In this document: in pieces, positions 29,672-40,192 of the stretch | Layout: the number at the start of each line of letters is the position of its first letter | Position numbering within the stretch: the stretch's first letter is position 1 | Assembly (NCBI GenBank): GCA_001304505.1 | Contig: LJUQ01000016.1 | Coordinates: forward strand, 1-63,390 | DNA length: 63,390 nt | Source of the DNA: Bacteroides sp. SM23_62_1 | Lineage (GTDB): Bacteria > Bacteroidota > Bacteroidia > Bacteroidales > SM23-62 | Direction of reading: 5' to 3' | Program-made: the position numbers and the translations under genes | Notes under the pieces: generated by a model | What the model was told of the DNA's origin: nothing | Database searches by the model: none | The model's input: the letters and a program-made list of their open reading frames with translations, nothing else

Positions 29672-30865
29672 ATGTACGGAAAAATCAAAGACCATCTTCA
29701 GCAGGAGCTCCGGTCCATAGATGAGGCTGGATTATATAAACGGGAAAGAATTATTATTTCAGCCCAGGGTGCAGAAATCAAGATAGACTCGGGTGATGTA
29801 GTATTAAATTTCTGTGCCAATAATTACCTCGGCTTATCCAATCACCCGGCCCTTATCCAGGCAGCAAGGGAAGCCATGGACACACACGGATTCGGTATGT
29901 CATCCGTCAGATTTATTTGCGGAACCCAGGATCTTCACAAAACACTGGAAAAAAAGATAGCAGATTTTTTCGGGACGGATGATACAATATTATATGCTGC
30001 CTGTTTTGATGCTAATGGCGGGGTATTTGAGCCATTATTAACAGACCAGGACGCAATTATTTCAGATACACTGAATCATGCATCCATCATCGATGGCGTC
30101 AGGTTATGTAAGGCTCAGCGGTACAGGTTTGCCAATGCTGATCTGGCGGATCTTGAAGAGCAGCTAAAGAAGGCAAAAGCACAGCGTTTCAGGATCATTG
30201 TTACGGATGCCGTGTTTTCTATGGATGGCAATGTGGCACCCATGAATGGGATTATTAGCCTGGCGAAAAAATATGATGCACTTGTCATGGTTGATGAATG
30301 CCATTCCGCAGGTGTTGTAGGGAAGACAGGTAGAGGCATAACAGAATTATTTAATATCCGGGGGGAGGTGGATATTATTACCGGTACACTTGGAAAGGCA
30401 TTCGGTGGGGCTGTGGGTGGTTTTACAACAGGACGAATGGAAATCATTGATATGCTCCGGCAACGTTCAAGACCATACCTTTTTTCCAATTCACTACCTC
30501 CCGCTATTGTGGCAGCAGGTATCAAAATGGTTGATATGATGAGCGAGACCAATGATCTTCAGGATAAATTACACTGGAATGCGGATTATTTTTACCGGGA
30601 AATGAAAAAGGCAGGATTTGACCTTAAACCCACTCAATCAGCAATCATACCAATCATGTTGTATGATGCTAAATTATCCCAGGATTTTGCAGCAAGGCTG
30701 CTGGATGAAGGAATCTACGTTATCGGATTTTATTACCCGGTGGTCCCGAAAGGTGAAGCAAGAATCAGGGTACAATTATCCGCTGCACATGAGAAAGACC
30801 ATCTTGATAAGGCCATCGGAGCTTTCAGGAAAGTAGGAAAGGAATTAGGGGTTATAAAGAATTGA
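29672..30865 (+). CDS. kbl: glycine C-acetyltransferase (2-amino-3-ketobutyrate CoA ligase)
   Basis: 397 aa. NYLGLSNHP, DTLNHASIIDG, DAVFSMDG, DECHS.G and GTLGKA (PLP lysine context) are present. It is paired with tdh as in the Tdh-Kbl pathway. Confidence 0.9.
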   Translation: MYGKIKDHLQQELRSIDEAGLYKRERIIISAQGAEIKIDSGDVVLNFCANNYLGLSNHPALIQAAREAMDTHGFGMSSVRFICGTQDLHKTLEKKIADFFGTDDTILYAACFDANGGVFEPLLTDQDAIISDTLNHASIIDGVRLCKAQRYRFANADLADLEEQLKKAKAQRFRIIVTDAVFSMDGNVAPMNGIISLAKKYDALVMVDECHSAGVVGKTGRGITELFNIRGEVDIITGTLGKAFGGAVGGFTTGRMEIIDMLRQRSRPYLFSNSLPPAIVAAGIKMVDMMSETNDLQDKLHWNADYFYREMKKAGFDLKPTQSAIIPIMLYDAKLSQDFAARLLDEGIYVIGFYYPVVPKGEARIRVQLSAAHEKDHLDKAIGAFRKVGKELGVIKN

Positions 30866-30928
30866 CTAAATTTTGAAATTTGGAATGACTAAAATTATAG
30901 TTCAAAAAATTTTAGTTCATTTCTTCAC

Positions 30929-33535
30929 CTATCCGCATTTCGATGATCCGCAGTTTGTACATATCAGGCAACCTTCCTGGTAAACGAGGTTGTTGGATCC
31001 GCATTCCAGGCATCGCTGACTGGTTTTGGCTTTTGTGCCATCCGGTATATATTTTTTCAGTGTTCTCTCGACACCGGCTTTCCATGTATTGATCGTGTCA
31101 CTGTGGAAGCGAAGTGAAGATACCAGGTTCACAACATTCGGAATTGGCATACCATGCCGAAGGACCCCTGAGATAAGCTTGGCATAATTCCAGAATTCAG
31201 GGTTAAAAATATGGGATAATCCACCAAGGAGGTTTTTGTAGCCGTATTTATCTGTATACTGGAAATCATAACGGGAGGTACCATTCTCTTCTTTGTTTTT
31301 AATAATATACCCCTTGGTGATAGATTTTGGTAACGGAAACATTTCTTCATCTTCAAGACCGGTAAATATTTCATAAGGCCTTCCATTTTTAAGCCCCACA
31401 AAAGCGATCCAGCTCTCATCATTATTCTTGAACCGGATAATTTCGGCTTCAAGTATTCTGGGTCTTTTATACTTAGTTGCAGGATCGTCATCATCATCCC
31501 CGTTATGTGAAACCAGGACACCGGCCCGTGAACCATCCCGGTAAATTGTACAGCCCTTGCAACCACTTTTCCATGCTGTCATATAAAGTTCACTGACAAG
31601 GTCTTCGTTCACATCCTTTGGAAGGTTGATCGTAACACTGATGGAATGATCGACCCATTTCTGGATCTCGCCCTGCATCCTTACCTTAGCCACCCAATCC
31701 ACATCATTGGATGTGGCCTGGTGATAGGGAGATTTTTGGATGATTCTCTGGATCAGTTCATCATCCAGTTTTTTCACCTCTTCAATATCGTATCCATTCA
31801 CTTTTAACCATGTTTCCAGTTGATGGTGAAAAACATTATATTCTTCCCAGCTATCACCTATTTCATCAACAAAGGTTACCTTCGCAGTGGTATCATTCGG
31901 ATTTACTTTCCTGCGGCGCTTATAAACCGGAAGAAACACAGGTTCAATACCGGAAGTGGTCTGTGTCATCAGGCTGGTTGTACCGGTAGGGGCTATTGTA
32001 AGCAAGGAGATGTTACGCCGGCCATATTTAGCCATGTCATTATATAGTTCTTCGTCCTCTGACTTCAGTCTTTGTATAAATGGGTTATTCTTTTCGCGGC
32101 TTGCATCATATACAGGGAACGGACCACGTTCTCTGGCCATCATGGTACTCGACCGGTAGGCTTCCAATGCTATTGTTTTATGAACTTCTACAGAAAAATC
32201 AATAGCATTATCACTGCCGTAGCGCAAACCAAGGGCAGCAAGCATATCTCCCTCACCGGTTATGCCCACTCCGGTCCGGCGGCCTTCCGCAGTCTTTGCC
32301 TTTATTTTTTCCCACATGAGACGTTCTGTGCGCTTTAATTCATCATCTTCAGGATCATTATTCACCTTTTGCAGGATGGCATCAATTTTTTCCTGTTCAA
32401 GATCGATAATATCATCCATCATTCGTTGAGCTAACCTGACATGTTTACGGAACAGGTCGAAATTAAATCTGGCATTGACTTCAAAAGGATTTTCAACATA
32501 GCTGTAAAGATTAATTGCAAGCAGGCGGCAGCTGTCATAAGGGCACAGTGGTATTTCCCCACAGGGATTGGTTGATGCCGTCCTGAATCCGAGGTCGGCA
32601 TAAGAATCAGCAACGGATTCACGAATCACGGTATCCCAGAAAAGAACACCGGGTTCAGCCGATTTCCAGGCATTATGAATGATTTTATTCCACAGGCTCC
32701 GAGCATCAATCTCCTTGGTATATAATGGTTTATCAGAATGAATGGGATATTGTTGGACATATGGCTGATTATTCATGACTGCTTGCATGAATTCGTCATC
32801 AATCCTGACAGATACATTTGCCCCGGTTACTTTACCTCTATCCATTTTGGCATCGATGAATGCTTCTGCATCCGGGTGTTTAATGGATATGCTCAGCATC
32901 AGAGCACCCCTCCGGCCATCCTGGGCTACCTCACGGGTGGAGTTTGAATATCTTTCCATGAAAGGGACTATCCCTGTTGATGTAAGCGCACTGTTCAGCA
33001 CGGGACTGCCTTTGGGGCGGATATGTGAAAGATCATGTCCAACACCACCCCTCCTTTTCATAAGCTGAACCTGCTCCTGATCAATATTAAGAATCCCGCC
33101 ATAAGAATCGGCAAAACCCTCATGACCGATAACAAAACAATTTGACAGCGAAGCAATCTGAAAATCATTGCCAATACCTGTCATTGGTGATCCCTGGGGG
33201 ACAATATATTTGAAACCTTTGATAAGGTCATAAACTTCATCCTCCGACAAAGGATTCGGGTATTTCTTTTCAACCCTGGAAATTTCCCTGGCAATCCTGC
33301 GATGCATATCATCCGGAGAGAGCTCATAAATTCTTCCCATCGAATCTTTCAGAGCATATTTATTGATCCAGACAGTGGCTGCCAGCTCATCACCGATAAA
33401 ATATTTCCTTGTAGCCTCAAGAACCTGATCGAAAGAATATTTTTTTAATTCTGATGCAGGGTCAACTGAATTTTTTTCTTCTTTTATTTTGTTCACAACA
33501 ACACCTGAGTTTTTCTTTGAGACTAATTCATCCAT
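30929..33535 (-). CDS. nrdJ: adenosylcobalamin-dependent (class II) ribonucleotide reductase
   Basis: 868 aa. SNCFV, LSISIKHPD, STNPCGEIPL and TIAPTGTTS are present. The C-terminal Cys cluster is CLECGSNNLVYQEGCLICTNCGSSKCG. Confidence 0.9.
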   Translation of the reverse strand: MDELVSKKNSGVVVNKIKEEKNSVDPASELKKYSFDQVLEATRKYFIGDELAATVWINKYALKDSMGRIYELSPDDMHRRIAREISRVEKKYPNPLSEDEVYDLIKGFKYIVPQGSPMTGIGNDFQIASLSNCFVIGHEGFADSYGGILNIDQEQVQLMKRRGGVGHDLSHIRPKGSPVLNSALTSTGIVPFMERYSNSTREVAQDGRRGALMLSISIKHPDAEAFIDAKMDRGKVTGANVSVRIDDEFMQAVMNNQPYVQQYPIHSDKPLYTKEIDARSLWNKIIHNAWKSAEPGVLFWDTVIRESVADSYADLGFRTASTNPCGEIPLCPYDSCRLLAINLYSYVENPFEVNARFNFDLFRKHVRLAQRMMDDIIDLEQEKIDAILQKVNNDPEDDELKRTERLMWEKIKAKTAEGRRTGVGITGEGDMLAALGLRYGSDNAIDFSVEVHKTIALEAYRSSTMMARERGPFPVYDASREKNNPFIQRLKSEDEELYNDMAKYGRRNISLLTIAPTGTTSLMTQTTSGIEPVFLPVYKRRRKVNPNDTTAKVTFVDEIGDSWEEYNVFHHQLETWLKVNGYDIEEVKKLDDELIQRIIQKSPYHQATSNDVDWVAKVRMQGEIQKWVDHSISVTINLPKDVNEDLVSELYMTAWKSGCKGCTIYRDGSRAGVLVSHNGDDDDDPATKYKRPRILEAEIIRFKNNDESWIAFVGLKNGRPYEIFTGLEDEEMFPLPKSITKGYIIKNKEENGTSRYDFQYTDKYGYKNLLGGLSHIFNPEFWNYAKLISGVLRHGMPIPNVVNLVSSLRFHSDTINTWKAGVERTLKKYIPDGTKAKTSQRCLECGSNNLVYQEGCLICTNCGSSKCG

Positions 33536-33919
33536 GGAATATCAGAAATATTAACAGGTTAATAATTAAAAATTTAAAAGTGGATCTGGAAAAGAAAGTT
33601 AAGCATGCAAGATATGAATTGATGCCCCAGATGACAAACTGATAAGAATTCTATTTATTAACAAATCGTATAAATTATTAACCTGCACCTTAAAAATCAG
33701 ATAAACAAAAGATTAAATAAATAAATATTATAAGACAATAAAATCTTTATTGATATTTTTAATTAGTATTCCTATGAAAGAGATTATTTTTAAAGAGACA
33801 CGGGATTTGGTTAAAAATTGGTTAAAAAAAAGAGTCAATTTACATGTTTTCAGGCATGAAATTAGTTATGAATTTTGTGCCTGATCAATTAACATTTTGC
33901 AAAGATACATAAAGTATGG

Positions 33920-35155
33920 TTAAAGGTCAGCTATCACAATATCAACGATTCTGGCAGTAGCACCGAGTTCTGACAAAATATAAGCCTTTGCATTTTCTCC
34001 GCATGTTTCAAGGAGGGAAATATCTGTTGTTAATCGGATAAGAATATTTGAGAATGATTGATAATCCTGTACAGAAAATCCTCCTTCATGATGAATCAGG
34101 CTTACTGCCTCCCTGAATTTTTTATAGTTAGGACCAAAAATAACCGGTATTCCAAATATTGCAGCTTCAAGTGTATTATGAATTCCTTTTCCAAATCCCC
34201 CTCCTATAAATGCCAGGTTTCCGAACTGATAGATAGATGACAGTATACCAACCGTGTCAATGATTAATACATTAGCCCCGGATATCTCCTGATTTTCTGC
34301 AGAGGTGTACCGGGTAGTTTTCAATTGGATTTTTTCTTCCAGGTGCCGGATATTTCTTTCATGAATTTCATGTGGAGCAATAATTAATTTTATTTCCGGC
34401 TTATATTCATTTATAAATCTGATTATGATCTCCTCATCCTCAGGCCATGTACTTCCGGCGACAAGGGTAAGATGATCTGCTGTAAAATGACTGATCAAGG
34501 GTAACGGCGGTGCTTTTTCAGCTATAGCGAATACCCGGTCAAAACGGGTATCTCCGGCAACAGTAAAATTTTCTATACCAATGGATTTTAACAATCTTGC
34601 AGAATCATCATCCTGAATGAACAGATGATGAAAACATCCAAGAATTTTTCTGAACCATTTACCATAATATTTGAAAAATACCTGGTCAGACCTGAATATA
34701 CCGGAAATCAAATAAATCTTTATATTCCTTCTTTTCAGGGCGGATATGAAATGATACCAGTATTCGTATTTGACAAAGAGAGCAACCTCCGGACGGATAA
34801 AATCCAGAAATTTTTCAGCGTTTTTCTTTGTATCGAGAGGTAAATAGAAAATATAATCTGCTCCGCTATAATTTTTACGGATTTCATAACCGGAGGGAGA
34901 ATAAAAGGTCAGAAGGATTTTCCTGTCCGGCAATATTTCCCTTATTTTTTCCATCACCGGCCTGCCCTGCTCAAATTCACCCAGGGATGAACAATGGAAC
35001 CAGATTATACGGGAATCCGGATCCATAACAGATCGAACCTTCTTGAAAAACTTTTTCCTTCCCCTTATCCATAACCGGGCTTTTTTGTTAAACAAGGAAG
35101 CAAAAAGGATGAAAAGGTAGTATAACCTGATTCCAATATTATAAAGGAAAAGCAT
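33920..35155 (-). CDS. waaA: 3-deoxy-D-manno-octulosonic acid (Kdo) transferase
   Basis: 411 aa. The N-terminal TM is followed by IWFHCSSLGEFEQGRPVMEKI. The C-terminal GT motif is GGGFGKGIHNTLEAAIFGIPVIFGPNY. Confidence 0.85.
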   Translation of the reverse strand: MLFLYNIGIRLYYLFILFASLFNKKARLWIRGRKKFFKKVRSVMDPDSRIIWFHCSSLGEFEQGRPVMEKIREILPDRKILLTFYSPSGYEIRKNYSGADYIFYLPLDTKKNAEKFLDFIRPEVALFVKYEYWYHFISALKRRNIKIYLISGIFRSDQVFFKYYGKWFRKILGCFHHLFIQDDDSARLLKSIGIENFTVAGDTRFDRVFAIAEKAPPLPLISHFTADHLTLVAGSTWPEDEEIIIRFINEYKPEIKLIIAPHEIHERNIRHLEEKIQLKTTRYTSAENQEISGANVLIIDTVGILSSIYQFGNLAFIGGGFGKGIHNTLEAAIFGIPVIFGPNYKKFREAVSLIHHEGGFSVQDYQSFSNILIRLTTDISLLETCGENAKAYILSELGATARIVDIVIADL

Positions 35156-35239
35156 TTACCTGTTTGTTATATGAAAGGCTAAAATTATCATATTTTGGTG
35201 TATTTTAATAAATCATTGTTGCACTTGATTCATATTTAA

Positions 35240-35330
35240 CCACAGAGATAGCAGAGATATCAAAGAGAACACAGAGAATTATGAATATCTATGTTCCTCT
35301 GTACACGCTGTTTATTCTCTGTGATCTCTG
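35240..35330. repeat. palindromic intergenic element built from CACAGAGA-type units
   Basis: ccacagagatagcagagat...agagaacacagagaat on the left faces attctctgtgatctctg on the right. The architecture is the same as the element at 39924-40080. Confidence 0.5.
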
Positions 35331-35423
35331 CCTGCCCGTAGCGAACGTTACGTTCGGGTGGGTGGCAAAAATATTATAGTACTACCCTCCTGAATTTACT
35401 ATCTTAGTCAAAAAATTTATTGT

Positions 35424-36950
35424 ATGCCTGAAAAACCTGTACGTGTACGTTTTGCCCCGAGTCCGACAGGACCGTTACATATTGGTGGAGTTCGCACAGC
35501 ACTGTTCAATTATCTTTTTGCACGGAAACATAACGGTACTTTCATCCTGCGTATTGAAGACACAGACCAGGTCAGATATATTCCGGGAGCTGAAGAATAT
35601 ATTGTTGAATCGTTAAGATGGTGTGGAATTGAAATTGATGAAGGCGTAACTGTTGGGGGTCCGTATGAACCATACAAGCAATCAGAAAGATCCGGGATAT
35701 ACAGAGAATATGCGGATTATCTTATCAGCAGGGGTTACGCATATTACGCCTTTGACACCCCTGAAGAACTGGATATGCACAGGAAGCAATATGAAGAAAA
35801 GAATAAAATATTTAACTATGATGCTACCGTCAGGCAACAGATGAAGAATTCACTGAATCTTCCGGATCAAGAAGTCAAATCATTGATTAACAATGGTTAT
35901 CCTTATGCCATACGTTTCAAGATACCGGAAAACGGAGAAGTCCGTTTCAATGATATTGTGCGCGGGGAGGTCAGGATTGAAACATCCATCCTTGATGATA
36001 AAATCCTTCTAAAAGCGGATGGCCTGCCGACTTATCATCTGGCAAATGTTGTGGATGACTACCTGATGAAGATCAGCCATGTCATTCGGGGTGAGGAATG
36101 GCTACCATCAACACCGTTGCATGTTCTGCTCTATGAATCTTTCGGCTGGAGCAAAGAAATGCCGGTTTTTATTCATATGCCGTTAACCCTGAAACCTGAT
36201 GGGAAGGGTAAGCTAAGTAAGCGTGATGGTGACCGCCTGGGATTTCCAGTATTCCCCCTGCAATGGACAAACCCGGAAACTGGTGAAGTTTCATCCGGGT
36301 ACAGGGAATCAGGATACCTGCCGGAAGCTTTTATAAACATACTTGCCCTGTTGGGATGGAATCCGGGAACCGACAGGGAACTTTTTACCATGGACGAACT
36401 CATTCAGGAGTTTACCCTTGAAAGGATCACCAAATCAGGTTCAAAATTTGATCCTGAAAAAGCCAGGTGGTTCAACCATCAGTATATTCTTCAGAAGCAG
36501 AATCATGAACTGACACCATGGCTATCCTCCGAACTTGATAAACGGGGATTGGTGTTTACACCTGATTATGTCTCAAAGGTTATCGGATTGGTAAAAGAAA
36601 GAGCTTTCCTGCTCACAGACCTCTGGAAAGAATCATGGTTCTTTTTTATCAGGCCGGAGAAATATGATAAGGACGTGGTAAGCAAAGTATGGAAAGAAGA
36701 TACGGAAGACATGATGCGTGATATCTGTGATATTTTGAATACTCTGAAAGAATTTGACCACAATTGTATTGAATCAGCCATCAAAAAATACACTGAAGAG
36801 AAAGGCATTGGATTCGGACGGATCATGAATCCTCTCAGGCTTGCTATTGTAGGATCAAACCAGGGACCGGGATTGATACAAATTATGGAGATTCTGGGCA
36901 GGGAGGAAGTGGGGGAAAGAATAGCTGTTTGTTTGCGTGAAATGGAATAA
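35424..36950 (+). CDS. gltX: glutamate--tRNA ligase
   Basis: VRVRFAPSPTGPLHIGGVRTALFNYLFA, RIEDTD and the KLSKRDG (KMSKS-type) motif are present. Confidence 0.95.
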   Translation: MPEKPVRVRFAPSPTGPLHIGGVRTALFNYLFARKHNGTFILRIEDTDQVRYIPGAEEYIVESLRWCGIEIDEGVTVGGPYEPYKQSERSGIYREYADYLISRGYAYYAFDTPEELDMHRKQYEEKNKIFNYDATVRQQMKNSLNLPDQEVKSLINNGYPYAIRFKIPENGEVRFNDIVRGEVRIETSILDDKILLKADGLPTYHLANVVDDYLMKISHVIRGEEWLPSTPLHVLLYESFGWSKEMPVFIHMPLTLKPDGKGKLSKRDGDRLGFPVFPLQWTNPETGEVSSGYRESGYLPEAFINILALLGWNPGTDRELFTMDELIQEFTLERITKSGSKFDPEKARWFNHQYILQKQNHELTPWLSSELDKRGLVFTPDYVSKVIGLVKERAFLLTDLWKESWFFFIRPEKYDKDVVSKVWKEDTEDMMRDICDILNTLKEFDHNCIESAIKKYTEEKGIGFGRIMNPLRLAIVGSNQGPGLIQIMEILGREEVGERIAVCLREME

Positions 36951-37027
36951 TAATCGAATCCGGAGCGGGTCAGGTAATGGGCACCGGGAGTTTATTTTGA
37001 ACTGAACATCAACTTATATTTCAGTTT

Positions 37028-39172
37028 TTAATTAATTTTTTCCCCATGCATCATTCTGTTCCTCCAATTTATTTCCACACCTGTACAGGATCCTGAATCG
37101 TCCAGATTAAATTTTAAATCCATTGTACCATCGACCGAATAAAAATTAACACTATCCTTCGGGTATAACATCTGGGATATTCCGAAATCACCCCATCTAT
37201 AATACATGATTCCATCTTCCATAATAATACTTATATTGGCTGGGGAATCTTCACTTTTGTACTGGCCGGTAATTTCAGCCGATATTTTAATATTTTTATA
37301 AAGAGTCCTGATGGATGGGAAGAAATTATCAACAAGATTTGCATCCGGAACCATCATGTTCAAAGATATCCTGTCTATATTTTCATCTTCTGGTATGGTA
37401 AGCCGCACCTCATTTTTTCCACCGTTCCAGATACCGGCGTCCTGACTGATAAATTTTGATTCACCGTTTTTGTAATTTATTTCCGCAACGATTGGCACAG
37501 GCCTGTTTCCATGGTTCATCACAACCAGTTCATTATTTTCGAAGGATTGAATTGCCAGATCTGCCGGCCCGAAATCAAAAAACCAGGGTTTCCATAACCA
37601 ACCCAGATCCTTACCCGACACATTTTCTAATATATTGAAGAAATCATATGGTGTAGGGGATTTTTTAGCCCAGCGTTTAATATACTCCCGGTAGCATTTT
37701 AAAAATAACTCATCACCCAGGTGCTGATGAAGCATTGCATATACTGTTGCAGGCAGAGAGTAACTGGCCTGACCATAATTCGAATTGCCAAGGAATTCTG
37801 AAGAGGTGATCAGCGGTAAGTCTGCTATGGTTCCCATAATTGAAGAGCTGGAGCCTATATCGGAGTATACGTCGGCTGTTTCGTAATCATCATTAAAAAA
37901 CCGGTTTGACACAAGCGTAGTGTTATAAGTTGCCCAGCCTTCATCCATCCAGGCCCATCTGCGCTCATTGACACGGACATACATAGGGAAGTAGGTATGA
38001 AACATCTCATGTATGGTCACCCCACGGCCGGGGCTACCATTGTTTGCCATCATGGGATATTCCATTCCACCTCCTCTCCCCATCGTTATAAATGTTGTGA
38101 ATGCTTCATATGGATATGGAATACCGGGGATATCTTCGGAAAAATGGCGCATTGTTTTTTGTTGTATGGCAACATGATCAGAATAATCCCTGGAGGTATC
38201 TTGTGGATATGCAGAGCTGATAAACACCTGTCGGTCAGCAACCGGTTGGATAGCTGCATCCCATAAATAATGGTCGCTCATGGCAAAGGCAAAATCCGAT
38301 ACTTCAGATGCCAAATAATGCCATGTATGATTCAGGGATTTATATCCATTGTCAAGATCTTTAACGGATATAATATGAATAACTTCTTCTGAGCTTCGGG
38401 CTTTTTGGTATTTGTCTAAAATATGTTCTGGTAGTATTTGATCCGCATTTTCTAATGTTCCGGTAGCCCAGACAATAAATTCGTCAGGTACTGTGATTTC
38501 AACATCAAAATTACAAAGGTTATTATAGAATTCGGTTCTTAATGTATAATCCAGATTATCCCAGCCAAAGATATCATCATAAACGGCTATCTGAGGATAC
38601 CAGTAAGCTATAAAAAAAGTGGTGCTGTCATATGCACCTGTTCTTATCCTTGAATATGCGGGGATCTTTTGTTTCCATGAAGTTTTAAAAGATAATTCCG
38701 ATCCCGGTTTTAGCGGTTTTTGAAGTGTAAAACTGATATTGGTACCGCTTCTTCTTGTCATCTTCTGGTCCTGAAGATCATACGCTAATCCTTCAATGAT
38801 AATATTTTCCAGTTCAACGCCTTCATCAATATCTTTTTCATTAACAGGATATGCTCTGATGTTTCCTTTTTTAAAAACGTCCCCGTAAAGCCTGATAACT
38901 AAAGTATTTATTTCATTTGGACTGTTGTTGAAATACACGACTTCTTCGTATCCCTTAACCAGTTTTTCCTGGGGATCGATTGTTACCTGTATTTTATAGT
39001 TGACAGTATTTTGCCAGTAATTAACTCCCGGAGTGCCGTCATAAGATCTTGTTCCGTTTTCATATGCTTTCCTGATCTCTGCTGGCATAAAAAAACGATT
39101 TTCCTGAGCAACTGAGTTAATAACGGTGAATGTGAAAACACCAAACAGTGCTAAAATCAAATTTATATTCAT
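37028..39172 (-). CDS. secreted M1-family zinc metallopeptidase
   Basis: Signal peptide is present. HEMFH followed by WMDEGWATY gives the HExxH-x18-E gluzincin signature of the M1 family. Confidence 0.8.
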   Translation of the reverse strand: MNINLILALFGVFTFTVINSVAQENRFFMPAEIRKAYENGTRSYDGTPGVNYWQNTVNYKIQVTIDPQEKLVKGYEEVVYFNNSPNEINTLVIRLYGDVFKKGNIRAYPVNEKDIDEGVELENIIIEGLAYDLQDQKMTRRSGTNISFTLQKPLKPGSELSFKTSWKQKIPAYSRIRTGAYDSTTFFIAYWYPQIAVYDDIFGWDNLDYTLRTEFYNNLCNFDVEITVPDEFIVWATGTLENADQILPEHILDKYQKARSSEEVIHIISVKDLDNGYKSLNHTWHYLASEVSDFAFAMSDHYLWDAAIQPVADRQVFISSAYPQDTSRDYSDHVAIQQKTMRHFSEDIPGIPYPYEAFTTFITMGRGGGMEYPMMANNGSPGRGVTIHEMFHTYFPMYVRVNERRWAWMDEGWATYNTTLVSNRFFNDDYETADVYSDIGSSSSIMGTIADLPLITSSEFLGNSNYGQASYSLPATVYAMLHQHLGDELFLKCYREYIKRWAKKSPTPYDFFNILENVSGKDLGWLWKPWFFDFGPADLAIQSFENNELVVMNHGNRPVPIVAEINYKNGESKFISQDAGIWNGGKNEVRLTIPEDENIDRISLNMMVPDANLVDNFFPSIRTLYKNIKISAEITGQYKSEDSPANISIIMEDGIMYYRWGDFGISQMLYPKDSVNFYSVDGTMDLKFNLDDSGSCTGVEINWRNRMMHGEKIN

Positions 39173-39224
39173 AATTCTTTAATTAGATTAAATATAACAC
39201 GTTTTACTATCAGATCAGGTATAA

Positions 39225-39247
39225 TATTGAATGTTAAATTATTATAA
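39225..39247. repeat. 23-nt exact repeat TATTGAATGTTAAATTATTATAA (copy 1), upstream of the M1 peptidase gene
   Basis: The identical 23-mer recurs at 49359-49381. Both copies sit just upstream, in gene sense, of minus-strand genes. Confidence 0.7.
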
Positions 39248-39405
39248 GGCTGAACCGCTGGTGCGACCGAATATATATTTGATTATCCGGAATATTCCAA
39301 TATAGATCTGATATGTTCCTATACAGGGCTTGTTTGGTAAAAAATTACAACCGAAGGTACAACAAAATGTTTCCTTATAGCCACTAAAGATTAAAAATAT
39401 ACCGA

Positions 39406-39702
39406 TTATATCTCCTTAACAAGCTTCAGGAATTTCTTATATTGGATAGCAGGAAGACTCTGGGCCTGGAAAGCACCGTTCACCTGGCTGATGAGTGATA
39501 CCTTGGCAGCAGTTTCTTCATCAGGAGCCTCATATATGTCAAGAAAATCAAATTGCCCCAGAAGAGCATAATGTGCGATAAATTTCACAGAAGGGCATTT
39601 TTCCCTTACCTGGTCAAACCAGGTTCTGCCGATTACTTCCTGGTCTTTCATTTTTTGACAAAGATCAGGTGAAAACTTTGTTAAAAGGATATAAGTTTGC
39701 AT
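39406..39702 (-). CDS. GYD domain protein
   Basis: MQTYILLTKFSPD......GRTWFDQVREKCPSVKFIAHYALLGQFDFLDIYEAPDEETAAKVSL fits the GYD family. The Met at 39702 is preferred over the track start at 39732. Confidence 0.7.
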   Translation of the reverse strand: MQTYILLTKFSPDLCQKMKDQEVIGRTWFDQVREKCPSVKFIAHYALLGQFDFLDIYEAPDEETAAKVSLISQVNGAFQAQSLPAIQYKKFLKLVKEI

Positions 39703-39923
39703 AGCAGGTTGATTTTTTTGGTTTGAATACAAGTTATGAACTAATTCGGAAAATTCCTAAATTCAGGGAATTTAGTTCCTGGTTCCTGGTGGGTATTGGT
39801 TCAGGGTGTTGAGTATAATGAATGGTTACTGGTTCCTGATAGGTTTGGGGAATTAGTTGTCGGTCAGGAAAGGCTAAGGTTGATGCTAAGGAGAAGTGAG
39901 ACCAGGGAAGTGTGTATGATTTC

Positions 39924-40080
39924 TCGAGGCTGTGTCACAACTTCAATTTAAGGTTTCACGCAGGGCACGCAAAGTTTCCGCAAAGACTGCAAAGTGTTGG
40001 TTAACAGGCACGTATTCTTTGCGTACTTCATGTTTTCCTGGCGATCATTGCGTGAAATATTAGTTGTGACACAGCCCCGA
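39924..40080. repeat. MITE-like ~157-bp palindromic element
   Basis: The terminal inverted repeat is tcgaggctgtgtcacaact (39924-39942) against agttgtgacacagccccga (40062-40080), with 1 mismatch. The inner arms are tttcacgcagggcacgcaaag against ctttgcgta...ttgcgtgaaa. Confidence 0.55.
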
Positions 40081-40192
40081 GTGAAAACTTAATTAGTCAG
40101 GCAGGTCATCCCTCATCCGCCTAAAGCGAATGAGGGGTCTCATTGGTATTTGAAATAATCAATGGTCTAGTTTTTCATTAAAAATTCAAATA

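Noticed and set aside
33536-33919. Cobalamin riboswitch or NrdR boxes upstream of the B12-dependent nrdJ
   Set aside because: The region is uniformly AT-rich. I could recognise no B12-box-like GC-rich core and no paired 16-bp NrdR palindromes. A covariance-model scan would be the decisive test.
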